Source: Marsupella aquatica
Taxonomy: Eukaryota; Plantae; Marchantiophyta
DNA length: 64,000 nt
Direction of reading: 5' to 3'
NCBI GenBank assembly: GCA_973895155.1
Contig: OZ316893.1
Location: 16,832,645-16,896,644, forward strand
The position numbers were made by a program, and so were the translations under genes. Positions 47,469 through 59,699 of the stretch are shown here, piece after piece. Each line of letters opens with the position of its first letter. Position 1 is the first letter of the stretch. A model generated the notes under the pieces. It was given only the letters and a program-made list of their open reading frames with translations. It was not told where the DNA came from and did not search any database.

Positions 47469-50400
47469 CTATTGCTTCTTAAGCAATCTAGAGTTCCATA
47501 GGGCATTCATCCCTTTCACATCAGATAATTTAGACTGGTTCTCCCCTGAATTGGCAAATGGCAATGCCACATCTACAAACACTTCAATCACACGCACTCG
47601 CAAGAAAGGGCTTTCAAAATCTGCACAATGAAACTTATCTTCTCCTGGCAGCCCTGTCACCTCACCTTCTGCCACTATCATGGAATTGTCCACAACGCTC
47701 TTCATCTTCACCAAATCTCCTCTTGCAAACTGTGAACAACACATTTTGTTAAAAATGCAATAAACAGAAATTGAAAGATAGAAGAACACTCAAATCAAAC
47801 ACACATTTACCTTTGCAACGGGGTTAGGAGACTGCATTGGTTTCTTCTGTGCAGGTGATGCATTTGCTGAGGATCCTTTCTTCCTTTTCTTCTTTCCCTT
47901 TCTAGTTGATGGAGTGTCATCCTGTTCACTTGGAATGGGAGTTTCTTTTGGCAACTCAGATGATTCTGGGGTTACATCTGGTGTCAACTGAGTCGACTTA
48001 TCCTCTGGCAACTGAAAGACATCTGAAATGGCTTCTTTGGGCAACTTAGATGGCAAAAGGTTCACTTCCAATTCAGTTTGCTTTAGAGTACTGTTAGCTG
48101 TGTCAGTTGGTCTTCCCTGCGACACAGGAGGCTCCCCTAAAGATGCTGTCATAAAACACACACAAAAGAAATGCATAAACAAACATGTATACACCAGCAA
48201 CATATAATCACACTAAAAACATGCAAGAACATTATAAACATGCAATGACATATACACATCACAATAATTACATTGAATGGACAGTGTATACATGATAGAG
48301 AATTTTACCTTCATTATCGCCTGAAAAAGTAAGAGATCGCTTTCTACTACCTTGTTTGGTAGTTGTAGTCAACTTACTGTGACTAGGCACAACTGTTGGA
48401 ACTTGTGCATTACTGGGGTGATGTGCCATCCACGTAGTCATCATGTTTGTCAACTCCCTCACAGTGCCTTTCAACTCAGCGACATCCAATTTCACAGCCC
48501 CAATGGCAGTGATCTCTTCTTTTGAATGTGGGGTCTGTAAATGAACCACAAACCAACACAACAGTCTCACTGTCAAACTTACAAACGACACAACACTGGC
48601 TCTGTCAAATGGAGAATGATGTACAAATCAAATTGGTATGACAATACTCACAGCTGATCCATGTCTGTTTCCTTGCCCCAGTAAGCTAGCACTTTTACCC
48701 TCCCCACTTGCCAATGATGGGCTCACCTTTGCTCCCACAAAACTACCAGTCTGACCTTCTGCACTTGCCAATGATGGGCTCATTGTCACCTTTGGCAATG
48801 AACCCTGACTACCATGGTTTTCTTTCAGGTCAGATATACCTGGGCTTGATCCTCTCTTCTGCTTCTGTTCAAACACACAATGAATGAGAAATCACAGAGT
48901 TTGTTTTCATCAAGATTCACAAACAAGACAGAATTGATAGTGAAAATGATAGACAATTTACCATTCTCTTTGCTGCTGCAGCATGCCCTCCCCTTCCAAA
49001 GTGAGAGGTATCTTGCACTCGTGCTCTTTTATCAGTCATCTGTTTACTCAAAGATATCAATGCTGGACTGGTAAAATGAGATACCAAAGCTGCCCATTTC
49101 TTTGGATCAACACCAGATGGCCCAAGTTTGGTTGGATCCTCATTGCAAACTTTCTTCCAATAAACATGCATTTTATGGCGCTCTCTCTTCAATATGCCAC
49201 GACAATGACTCTGGAATTTGGTGTTAATAAATTCCCCACCCACATACTCCCACTCAGCTGCCATGTTATTCCACACTGTGGTTGTATGAACTTGTGGATG
49301 ATCAGTCCATTTTGGCTTTGATACATCAAAGACTCTGAGTACGTTGCCACGAAGTTCCTCCAGCCAGTATTGTTTGTTGCCATCAGAATCATCAATATCA
49401 TTGTCATAAATCTGCATTTCATAGACAATGTCAGATCATAACTCTGGAATTTATGCAGAGTCCAGGTTTTATACACACAACAACAGAGAGGATCAGATTT
49501 GTCTAAATCTACAAACAAGTACAATACTCACTTTAATGTGTTTGGGCACCTCTCCGCAATCCCTTCGTTGTTTGGCAGTATTATCAAACTGCTTCTTAGC
49601 ATGCCTTCGTTCCCTGCGCATCTCAGAGGCCCCTCCTGCAATGCACACACATGCATTCAATCAAAAAATATGTACATGATTGAAAAGTTGAGCAAATGTA
49701 CTTGCATATGCAACACGAGCAGATTGTGTATTACCTGAAGATCCTCTGGAATGTAGTACATCAGATTGACCTGATCTGCCTTCAGATGCTGATGGAACCA
49801 CTAAACAAACACACAACACCAAAGCACTTCAATTAATTTCATTTCCAAGTAGAATATCAACTTCCAAACACACCTGAAAAGTAGAACAGTACAATCCACT
49901 CACTTTCATATAAGAGTCCAGTGTCTGGGTCTTTCCAACATCTCACTAGCCCACCTCCACCAGGCCCAGTCTTCTTAGGACCACGATTTTGTTTCTGTAC
50001 CTACATCATGGACAACGTAAGCATATCAACATATAATTTGAAAAAGGGACAAGGATCCCTTCCTATTAGGATGATGAAGTTCAAGCATTACCTGTTGTGC
50101 ACTCTCTGGTTCTGACCCTCCAATGTCAGAATCCTCAGTGTCATACTCAGAAGGAGAACCATAGCCATCATCACCAAACTCTGCCATGTTCACCTTGGTA
50201 ACTTCTGATAGTCTAGAGCTCCTCCTCTTTGGCAATGTTTCAGTTGAAGTACCTTTCACCAAAGCAGGCTTTCCTCTCTCTCGTTGTACATGTGTGGTTG
50301 GGCCTCTAAGGAACAAAGCAATCATCAACATACACCAATGCAGATCAAACATACATGCAAAATGAATCTACAACACCATAACACTAGTACTTATGTACAG

Positions 50401-50640
50401 GATCCATACTAGTATGAGACCAATCTGGAATATGAAAACAGAACATGAACCTGACAACTCCATCTACTGAATCAAATTTGCAATAGACATATCAACACAC
50501 ACATCAGCTTGCAGTCTGGCCCCAGTCCTAGATCACGCATAATTCTGACATTATGCTCTATGTTCCGATTTCGGGCCTCCTCATAAGGATTCACAGAATG
50601 TGACAACCCTTGCAATCTTCCTTTCACAGGCTGCATTCAC
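47469..50640 (-). CDS. Multi-exon CACTA ORF2 (TnpA/Ptta-like)
   Basis: Short exons with GT-AG flanks; NPYEEARNRNIEHNVRIMRDLGL motif; WAALVSHF...RARVQDTSHFGRGG (Transposase_24-like); C-terminal VAEGEV...RVRV...DVALPF. Exact exon chain unresolved. Confidence 0.7.
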
Positions 50641-50734
50641 CAACTGCACAAATGGATAAACCATTAGTCTGATTTCATAAATAGTCCATACTTGTAGTCC
50701 ATCTATGGACTTCACACACCTAGCTAAAACCTAT

Positions 50735-53700
50735 TCACTGCTTAGGCCTGCCCTTTCTTGCAGATCCCTCTGCATCTCTGCCTCGTTTGGGACCAGTACT
50801 TGGTCCTGGATTTTCTCTGGACCTACAGGCCTTAGCCAATTCGATGTGTAATTTGACATTGTTTTCCATTGTAGCATGGAAATCAACGTCTGTGTAATCA
50901 CCTAACACCCTTGTGGACCTGGATTCTTTGTGGAGGATTGTTCTCCATGCTATCCCCTTCTCATTGGGGTGGAAGAAAACCTGCTCCACTTGCTTTGGGA
51001 AAACGTAATCCATTTTCTTGGACACACCCAGTTCTCTATGGAAATTCACCTGCCAAAGACCAGACTTGGTATACCTCATACTGGCAGAGGATTTAGGAGT
51101 CCATGATGGATCTGCCCATTTCCCTTTGAAAAGAATCACCTCTTTCCTCAAGCTGCCATAATTCAGTACCAAGATATCTGTCAAGGCCCCTACATACTGT
51201 ACAGATTCTTCTATGGTTGCACCAGACCTGTCCACTCGCTTCTCAGTGAATGTAGAAGCCATCCCAGAATCAAAAGTGCTGAAAGCACCAGAATCACAAT
51301 CACTCAAACACCCCAAGGATGGAATAGTCCTCCAATGGTGCCCATAGGCTCTACATGCCCTATACAGTCGTGCCTTCAAACTAGGTGGTGTGGAGTATGC
51401 AGATAGTAATGACCGCTCAGACTCTTTCTCAAAATTATGGGTATTGACTAATGTTTGAAACCATTCCCTGAAAGGTGGCAATTCTTGGCAGTCTACGGGA
51501 AATTCCACTGGTTTTCTTCGATTGGCAGGCTTCCTCATCCACTCCTTCCGGAAATCCACTCTTCGTTTGGTAACAGTCTCATTGGTAGCATCATATATCC
51601 TGCATGGCAACAACAACACTGAAGACATTAGTGCACGATCCACCATGAATATACAAACACAATGGGGAAACATAATTATGATCCATATGCCTAAGGATAG
51701 GAGAGTTTCTAGGGTTTATGTACCTATACCATGGAGCCACTGTCTCTTCATTCTCTAATATATAATGATGCATGGCCATCATTTCAGACCAATCCAAAGT
51801 TATCGCCTTTGCAGCCCCTTCCAAAACAATGCCTGCAACGCCAGCATCCTCCTCCAACTCCCAGGTTCGTTTTCCCTCTCCCTTTGCATCAATCATGTAT
51901 TCAGAAAGAAATCCCAAAGACTCATCTAATACATAGCCTTCAGCCATAGAAGCCTCTGGACGTGCCTTGTTTCGTACATAACCCTTCAATACCTTCAGGT
52001 TCCTCTCTATTGGGTACATCCATCTGCCTGTAACTGGGCCACACAAGTCTAATTCCTCCACTAGGTGAATCATTAAATGGGTCATGACATCAAAGAAGCT
52101 TGGTGGAAAATGGATTTCCAAAATGCAGAGAGTGAATGCAACATCCATCATCAAATTCTCATACATTGAAGGGTCCCACACCTTCGTACAGATCTGGCGA
52201 TAGATATTGCTCACCCCAGCTATGGCCAAGCGAACCCCTTCATCAAGTAATCCCATTGTTGCCAGAGGGAGAATCTGTTGCATGAGTTGGTGGAAATCAT
52301 GTGATTTCAACCCAGAGAGTTTCTTGGATTTTGTAACACACTTTGCCAAAGAACTTGAAAAACCAGTGGGCCCTTTCAAGGTCAATAAAACCTCCAAGAA
52401 CCTTGTTCTTTCCTTCTTGCTCAGGCAATATGGGGCTGGGGGCATCAACAATTTGTCATCCTTACGCTTGGGAGCTGGATTGGGTACAAGCCATAGGTGT
52501 TGGCGCACCTGTAAGAGCTTCATGTCTTCTCTCACAGAAGGAGTGTCCTTGGTCCCAATGATAGTGTGCACAATGTTGTGTGCAAGATTCTTCTCACAGT
52601 GCATGGGATCTAGACAATGGTTAATGAGTAGTTTCTGCAGTGGACACACAATTCAGAAATTAGGGCATTGAATACAACTTTTGGCATCACTGGGCAGTAG
52701 TTTGTGCAGTGGACACAATTCAGAAATTAGTGCATTGAATACAACAATTACAAAATCTGGGCTACAGGAAGTATATGAAGAGAATATATTTCAAAGTCAT
52801 ATGAAGAGATTGCAGAAATTCATTGTAGTAGTATGGAGTCTTACATTCCAATAGGGCAACTTGTACAGACCAGTAGCCCTCTTCACTCCATGCACCTTTA
52901 TGGGGCATTTCTCATCCTCAACCTTGGTTCCTCCCTTCTTCAAATATTCTGTTGTCTCGTCTCCCCACTTCTTTCTATCAGAGCTTGTCATTCTACACGG
53001 TGCAGGTCGACTCTCAATTGCACCATCAAAGTATTGTGCACTATCTGGTCTACGAAAAAGATGCCTTGTTGCTAACCATCGACGGTGGCCACTGTACTCT
53101 AATTTCTGCAAGTGCTTAGAACCACGTGCCACACATTCTGGCCCACAGATGACACATCCTTTGTATCCAGAGTGTTGTTGTCCAGATATTAAACCATATG
53201 CAGGGTAATCATTGATTGTCCACAATAGCACAGCCCTAAGGTTGAAGTGTTGAGACAATCCTGGGCGTGGCAATTTGTCAAAGCAGGGCACTCCTTTCTT
53301 CCACAACAGCTCCAACTCCTCATAGAATGGGCCCAATATTATGTCTAGCTGTTCCTCTGTTACTGAATCAGGTCCTGGAATCAGCATAGCTAGCATGACA
53401 AAGAACTTCTTGGTGGTAAGCCAAGGAGGTAAATTGTAATTCAACAACAGTATTGGCCAGGTAGACCAAGCTGTGGAATTATTCCCAAAGGGATTCACCC
53501 CATCAAGTGCCAACCCAAATCGCACATTCCTTGGTTCAGCTGCAAATTCCCGATCAATATTTGTATCCACATGCTTCCAAGCCTTTGAATCTGCTGCGTG
53601 CCGAACCATGTTGTCTGTGCTTCTATTCTCATGATGCCAAGTCATGAGTTTAGATGTACCAGCAGTGGCATACAATCTCTTCAACCTGGGAATTATAGGG

Positions 53701-54728
53701 AAATACCGCACTACCTTCCTTGCCTGTAATGAATTCCCCACTCTCTTCATCTTGGGCTGCTGACACACTGAACAGTTTTCTAACTTGGCATTCTCACCCC
53801 TAAAGAGCATACAACCTTTCTCACAGATAGGGATTCTCTCATAATCCAAGCCAAGCTTTCTCAATAGCTGCTTTGCAGCATATAAGTTCTTGGGCAGATT
53901 ATGCTCTGTAGGCATACCATGCTCCCCCATCAAAGACAACAATGCATTCACTCCTTTGTTTGAGAATCCATGGCCATGACAGATGTTCAGCAGAAGCAAC
54001 ATGAATGACACAACATCTATTTTGCTGCCTGGGAACAAAGGTTGCATTGCTGCATCTAAAGATAACTGTGCAGGATCAGTCTCCACAGGAGTTTTGGAGG
54101 TTTCAAGGGGGTTTACAGGATGGGCACCTCCTTCACTCTCATCATCCCCAAGTACAAAATCCAAGTCAAAACGGTCCTGATCATCTAGCTCATGCTCAGG
54201 GGATTCTTCACTGGTTCTCAGCAACGTTTCTTCCAGTAGAGCCCTGATATGTTCTTCGACATCTATAGTTGGATGTTCTTGAACATCCACAGTTGGATAC
54301 TCTGGAACATCCACAGTTGGATACTCTGGAACATCTACAAATAAATGTTCTTCAACATCTACAGTTGGCTGTTGTGCACAGGTTGCCTGCTGAAGGTTTG
54401 CTACCCTCAATGCCTCAGGGCCATGTTGTGACATGTAGTCAGCACCCCACTCTTCATCAGAAGAGTCCTGTCCCTCTCCCACCCACACTCGACATGCAGG
54501 GTACCGACCATGTTTAATAAGGTGCAGTCTAGCAGTATTCCGATTAGTCCTATAATTCCCTTTGCAGTTCACACAAGGGCAGTACATCTTATGGTCCCCA
54601 CTCTTGTGGCAGGCCTTCTGTTCTCGAACCCACAAAGCATCATCACGATGTTGTACTCTAGCTGGATGGAAGAGCGGCAACTTTGGAGTTCTACCCACAC
54701 CTAACGTATTCTGTGGCAATTGTGCCAT
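50735..54728 (-). CDS. CACTA Tnp2/TnpD transposase, 3 exons (54728-52845, 52634-51724, 51599-50735), apparently intact, 1219 aa
   Basis: MYCPCVNC; RYFPIIPRLKRL, RNVRFGLALDGVNPF, YNLPPW, MLIPGP, WTINDYPAYG; DPMHCEKN, GLKSHDFH, FPPSFFDVMTHL, WMYPIER, VRNKARPEASMAEGY; YVFPKQVEQVFF. Splice phases give one open frame of 3660 nt. Confidence 0.92.
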
Positions 54729-55325
54729 GCTAGCTTGATTGAAATTGTATTCAAACTATGATTTTCAAACTGAATCAGAGTGACATGCATACAAAATTGG
54801 GCCTACCGTCACAGTTGTACAACCGATGCCAACCACAGTCCAATTGCTCAAACCCACAGAGCCCAGTTTCTCAAATCCACTGTAGTAGGGCACCTTCTCC
54901 TTGCATACAAATAGAGCATCACATACAGTGTCATCAGAATGATACTATGAACGTAAATCTCCGTGCCTTCATCATTTCCAGTATTTGTTTGCCTATTAGG
55001 AATGTGAGCAGACAGGTCTGGAATAAGTAACGTTTGTGACACCAGTGACAAATTTACAAGTGAAGTTTAGACATCAATATGGAGGAAAGTCACACTCAAA
55101 GTACATGCTTGAAAATCAGAATCCTACCCTGGAAAAGATAATAAAGTTGATTTCTCAAAATTAATTGCCTCAATCCGCAATGCACTATCGTAGAGTGTGT
55201 ATACATGAGGAGTTCATCAAACTGCATATAAATAGTCCACATGTTTTAGCACTCTGAAAATTGTTTAAGTCCACGTGAAACCATCAAAAAGCTCTATCTC
55301 AAGTTTGTGTTCGATCCAGCCTCAA

Positions 55326-55985
55326 TCAAATCCAAGATATGTGGCTCCTAGCAGGAGTGCCTAGTGTAGGGTCAATGTCATGGTCAGGACAGTAAAACAT
55401 CCCCTTCTTGGGCTGCCCATGCGCTGAGTGATCCCAAATTGTTCGATCATGGGCAAATCCCCTCTGCTGGATAAACAGCAGGCAGTCTTTGTGCCATGCC
55501 TTAGGACACCTCATGCACTGAACCAAAAAGCCATTAGCCCCATCATTGGGCCCCTGTCCACAAGTAAGACAAATATGGAGTCCACATGATGCTGTGCCAG
55601 GAACCAAACACTGCCGACAGTAAAACCGGGCACAGAGAGAGTCTGGACATTTTCTTACCTCTTCACCAATTTTTCCAGACACATGGCACTTAAAGCAAGA
55701 ATGTTCCTCATTCTTGCAATCAACACAAAGCCATTCTCCAACATGGCCATCAGCGAGGGATATAGTTGGGCATAGCCATTGCTGACCCAAAGGACAGGAA
55801 ACATTCTTATGGAAATGTCGGTGGCAAGGCCCATCACAAACAATGAGATCCCCTCCCTCATCACAAATCGCACATACATGTGGACTATTCTGGTTAATCT
55901 CAATGTCTGAATATAAGGACAATTGAGGTGCTTGAGAGGATTCACCTCTGCAACGATTCATGGCCTTCTGCTTATTGCGAGCCAT
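55326..55985 (-). CDS. Stand-alone tandem PHD-finger protein (EDM2/NSD-like) inside the CACTA, with a histone-H3-like N-terminus
   Basis: CAICDEGGDLIVCDGPCHRHFH...WLCVDC...HSCFKC...KCPDSLCARFYC...CGLHICLTC...VQCMRCPKAWHKDCL...FYCPDHDIDPTLGTPARSHI; begins MARNKQKA; intact 219-aa ORF. Confidence 0.8.
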   Translation of the reverse strand: MARNKQKAMNRCRGESSQAPQLSLYSDIEINQNSPHVCAICDEGGDLIVCDGPCHRHFHKNVSCPLGQQWLCPTISLADGHVGEWLCVDCKNEEHSCFKCHVSGKIGEEVRKCPDSLCARFYCRQCLVPGTASCGLHICLTCGQGPNDGANGFLVQCMRCPKAWHKDCLLFIQQRGFAHDRTIWDHSAHGQPKKGMFYCPDHDIDPTLGTPARSHISWI

Positions 55986-58320
55986 GGTCCTGCACACTCA
56001 GACCCTACATCAGATTGTGAAACAAGAAGGAATAACAGGGTGCAGTATGACACAAAAGAATGAGGGTGCAGCATAAAATATGACATGTAACCACAAGGGT
56101 GCAACATAAACCAATGCTTTATAGATGGCAAAGCATTTAGGACTGAGCAGCGCAAATAACCTTGGCCTAGATGATTGGAAGCAATCACAAATATTGCAAC
56201 CTGTATGCCTTTGCTTGCTGTACAGCAGTGCTCACTCACCCTGCCTTTTTAAAATCTGTAAGGGCAACACAGAACAAATAGCAATTGAGTTTCAGCAAAG
56301 CATTCATTTGGCTCTCAAGTTTTAAAATGGACAGAGCAAACACAACAATGTGCACAACAAAGCACAGAGAGCAACAAAACTCCAGCAAACTGGGACTCAG
56401 GCAAGAGATACGAATTTTAGCAGCGAAATCAAATCAAGATTCGGACCTGTGAGTTCAACATGCAGTGCTCACTCACCCTGCCCTTTTTTAAATCTGTAAA
56501 AATCAAGTTTTATTGTGTGCCTTCTACATCTTAAGCTGCTGCACACATCTGTTACAGAACCATAAGTTGCTTTACTCTCAACAAGCTGCTGGTCCACCCA
56601 CTTTTTCAAAAGCTGCACCGTACTCTATCTTCGTGCACAAATGACTATACCGGGCTGCTGTCAGAGACCCTTACGAAGGATTTAAAATTGACCAAGCTGA
56701 TTTTAGTTTAGTTTTGTCCAGTTTGCAGACCAAAGGAAATCATGTGGCTGTATTCATGGAGTTGTATTCATTGCTGTGTATGGATGTTGTGTGAACATCA
56801 GACAGTTAGCTGTAAATTACCATAGTTGAAGAGCAAGGCTTGTACAAAAGCCACTAAGGAATTCTCTGAGGTGGCACAGCAGTTGGCAAACCACACACGA
56901 AACTCTGAAACTTTTTGGCGACAAAATTCTACAGAGTCGCTGCTGGAATCAAGTGAGGATTCACCATACATGCTTGCACTTCTCTTCAGTAAAAAAAAGA
57001 GAAAAGAAAAGGGCTATGATACAGAGGGATGTCAAAAGAAGAGTAAGGAAACCAATTCATTGAGGAACATAGACAGACTAAGGAAAACATCATACAATGG
57101 AAAACTAAGGACTACATTGTAATAATAAGAGATCAAGCTCACCTTGCACCACAAACATTGTCAGACGACAACAAGACAACAAACTGAATTGAACATAGCA
57201 GACAAATCCAACAAGTAGCAATCAGAAATCAACAGCAGACAGACAAAGGACAACTTGGTCAGAACTCGGGCACTTGATTTAGTTGTGGTAAATAGCTGTT
57301 CAGGTTCTGGACAAGCAAGAGCAATACGTGAGCAGACTCCAGAAAAATCATCTCTTGAGATTGAGGAGAAAGGCATTTCCCAGCCAGCTTACTTATGTCT
57401 TGAAAAATGTATCGGACATCGTGGACGCTGGGCCTCAGCTGCTGGCCGCAAGGGAAGATTTTGCCAAAACAAACAATAAAGCTCGAAGATAGTTAAATTT
57501 CTTAGGTCTTTCTAAATGGGGACTGAATTAGCAATTAGAACCAGTAAACCCTGATCTTGGGCAGGCAGAGAGAGAAGAGTCCGCGCCTAATACTTATGTC
57601 TACCCGAATTTTACTGGGACATATGAGCATTGGGATGCCATTGCAAAGCAGAATTTTGTAGCAGTGGAAGGAATCAACATAGATAGCAGTGGAAGGTCGC
57701 AGTGGAGCTAGCATGGTACAGGGAAGGAAATGCAGGCATTGTGCGAGAAAGTGCAATGGCTAGTTCTATGGGATTTCCTTCTCCAATCCATGACAGTGCC
57801 GACGACACGCACAACTGCTACAATCAGTGCGCGTCCAGGATGCTCCATCGCATCACGTCAGGGAACTCAACATTCTAGACATTCGAAAACTGCATTCACA
57901 TTTCTCTGCAAAGGGAACTCAACATTGTAGACATTCAAAAACTGGTGCAAAACTCAGGCACTTAGAGAGAGAGGGACAGAGAGAGAGCGAGAAAGAGAGA
58001 GCAAATAGTCTCTTAGCAATCGGAGCTTCTCTGTCATTGCCATAAGCATACTAGCAGACACTAAGCAACAGAACAAGAAGGCAACATTGGATTCATGGAC
58101 TGACAGCACATTGGTAGCACATTGGCAAAAGCAAAGCAAAAATGCAGAATGAACAAATGGCCAGAAGGGGAAGAAGCGCAAAATTGCACAACTGACCTTC
58201 TCGCACCTCAGCCCAAACTCGCTCCCACAGATATAAGTTCTCGCAGCTCCTTGATGGAACCTCCTGTAGGTTCTCGCCGATTGCAACTCCTCACCCACAG
58301 CTTCTTGCCGATTGTAGCTT

Positions 58321-58587
58321 GCTGCTGATTGCAACTCGTCGCTGATTTGCAGCTCGTCCTCCGCTCCTCACCCGCAGCTTATCGCCGATTGTAGGTCGTC
58401 CTCCGCTCCTCGCCCGCAGCTTATCGCCGATTGTAGGTCGTCCTCCGCTCCTCGCCCGCAGCTTATCGCCGATTGTAGGTCGTCCTCCGCTCCTCGCCCG
58501 CAGCTTATCGCCGATTGCAGCTCATCCTCCGCTCCTCACCCGCAGCTTATCGCCGATTGCAGCTCATCCTCCGCTCCTCACCCGCAA
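58321..58587 (+). repeat. 42-bp GC-rich minisatellite, ~5-6 copies
   Basis: ATCGCCGATT at 58381, 58423, 58465, 58507 and 58549. Confidence 0.92.
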
Positions 58588-59154
58588 CAATGACAAATGT
58601 AAAGAAGCTATTGCCTTGACCCTGCAATCGGGCACTCCAAAGCCCGAATGTCCTCCAAAGCGCAGGGTCCTCCAAAGAAGCTCCCAAGTCCTACCGAGGT
58701 GCTCCGCCGACCGCGCGCAACAAGCTCAAAAACAATTGTAGCCTGAATGGCTTCGGGTCGGAGCTCCTCCTCTAAACCTTGCAAATGGTCACTAAAACAA
58801 TGCCACGTCCAACGCTTCACTCAAACAATGCCTCACCCAATGCTTGCCCGAACAATGCCTCGCCCAACGCTTCGAAGGGTGTCGAAGCTTGGTGGAATGG
58901 AGCACAACGCTGCGCAACCCTAAGCCCTTGCAATGTGCACACAAAGGCATGCCAAGAAATGAGCACATCGAGCGTTGCCCTCTCGATGTTTTTTCAGGAA
59001 AAAGGGCTCCTGTTGGTACGCAAGAACACTTAGCGGGAAAAACCTAATGCTAGACCCCTAAACCCCGTAAAGGTAAGGTATTCTGTTGGATGGGGATGGT
59101 GGATATTGTGGGTCATTAATTAGGGTTATATTCTGACAATATCTCTCACATGTC

Positions 59155-59340
59155 TGGACCCCCCATAAGGCCCTAGGGAAGTTGAGACTAGGTTAATAAC
59201 AATGTAAACCCCCCCCCCCATAAGGCCCTAGGGAAATACCAACTATAGAGGTTAATAACAAGGTCCGGACGCCCCCATAAGGCCCTAAGTAGGGAAGGCA
59301 AGGTTAATAACTCATAATGTCACGACCCCCCCCATAAGGT
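59155..59340 (+). repeat. Degenerate ~57-bp repeat x4 (CCCCATAAGGCCCTA...GGTTAATAAC)
   Basis: CCCCATAAGG at ~59161, ~59216, ~59273 and ~59330. Confidence 0.75.
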
Positions 59341-59699
59341 CATGGCTGTTTGTGTAGGTGCCAACAAGAATGTTAAGGACCAATGTTATATATAAAAAAT
59401 GATGCTAGCGATATAAAAGGTCCGATATATGCCCGCGATATAAACCCATAACCCGCATGCATGAACACCATTTTGGACTACCTTATTGTCTCACCATATG
59501 ATAGTGATACTCATCCAAATATTAGCATTTAATAGCTCTCCACTCCTGACTCAATTGAGAGAAACCCTCATTCATGACTCAAGCACAATTATAGGGTCCC
59601 TTACATGCTACATGACCACTACATATGAGGCTATGTTGTGTAAGAGTTTTTGAGAGCATTACACCAAAGCATTAATAAGTGAGCCTTCCCATGACTATA

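Noticed and set aside
59403-59415. GCTAGCGATATA resembling the MULE-B motif
   Set aside because: Single half-site without the second GCTAGC, 20 kb from the element; probably chance.
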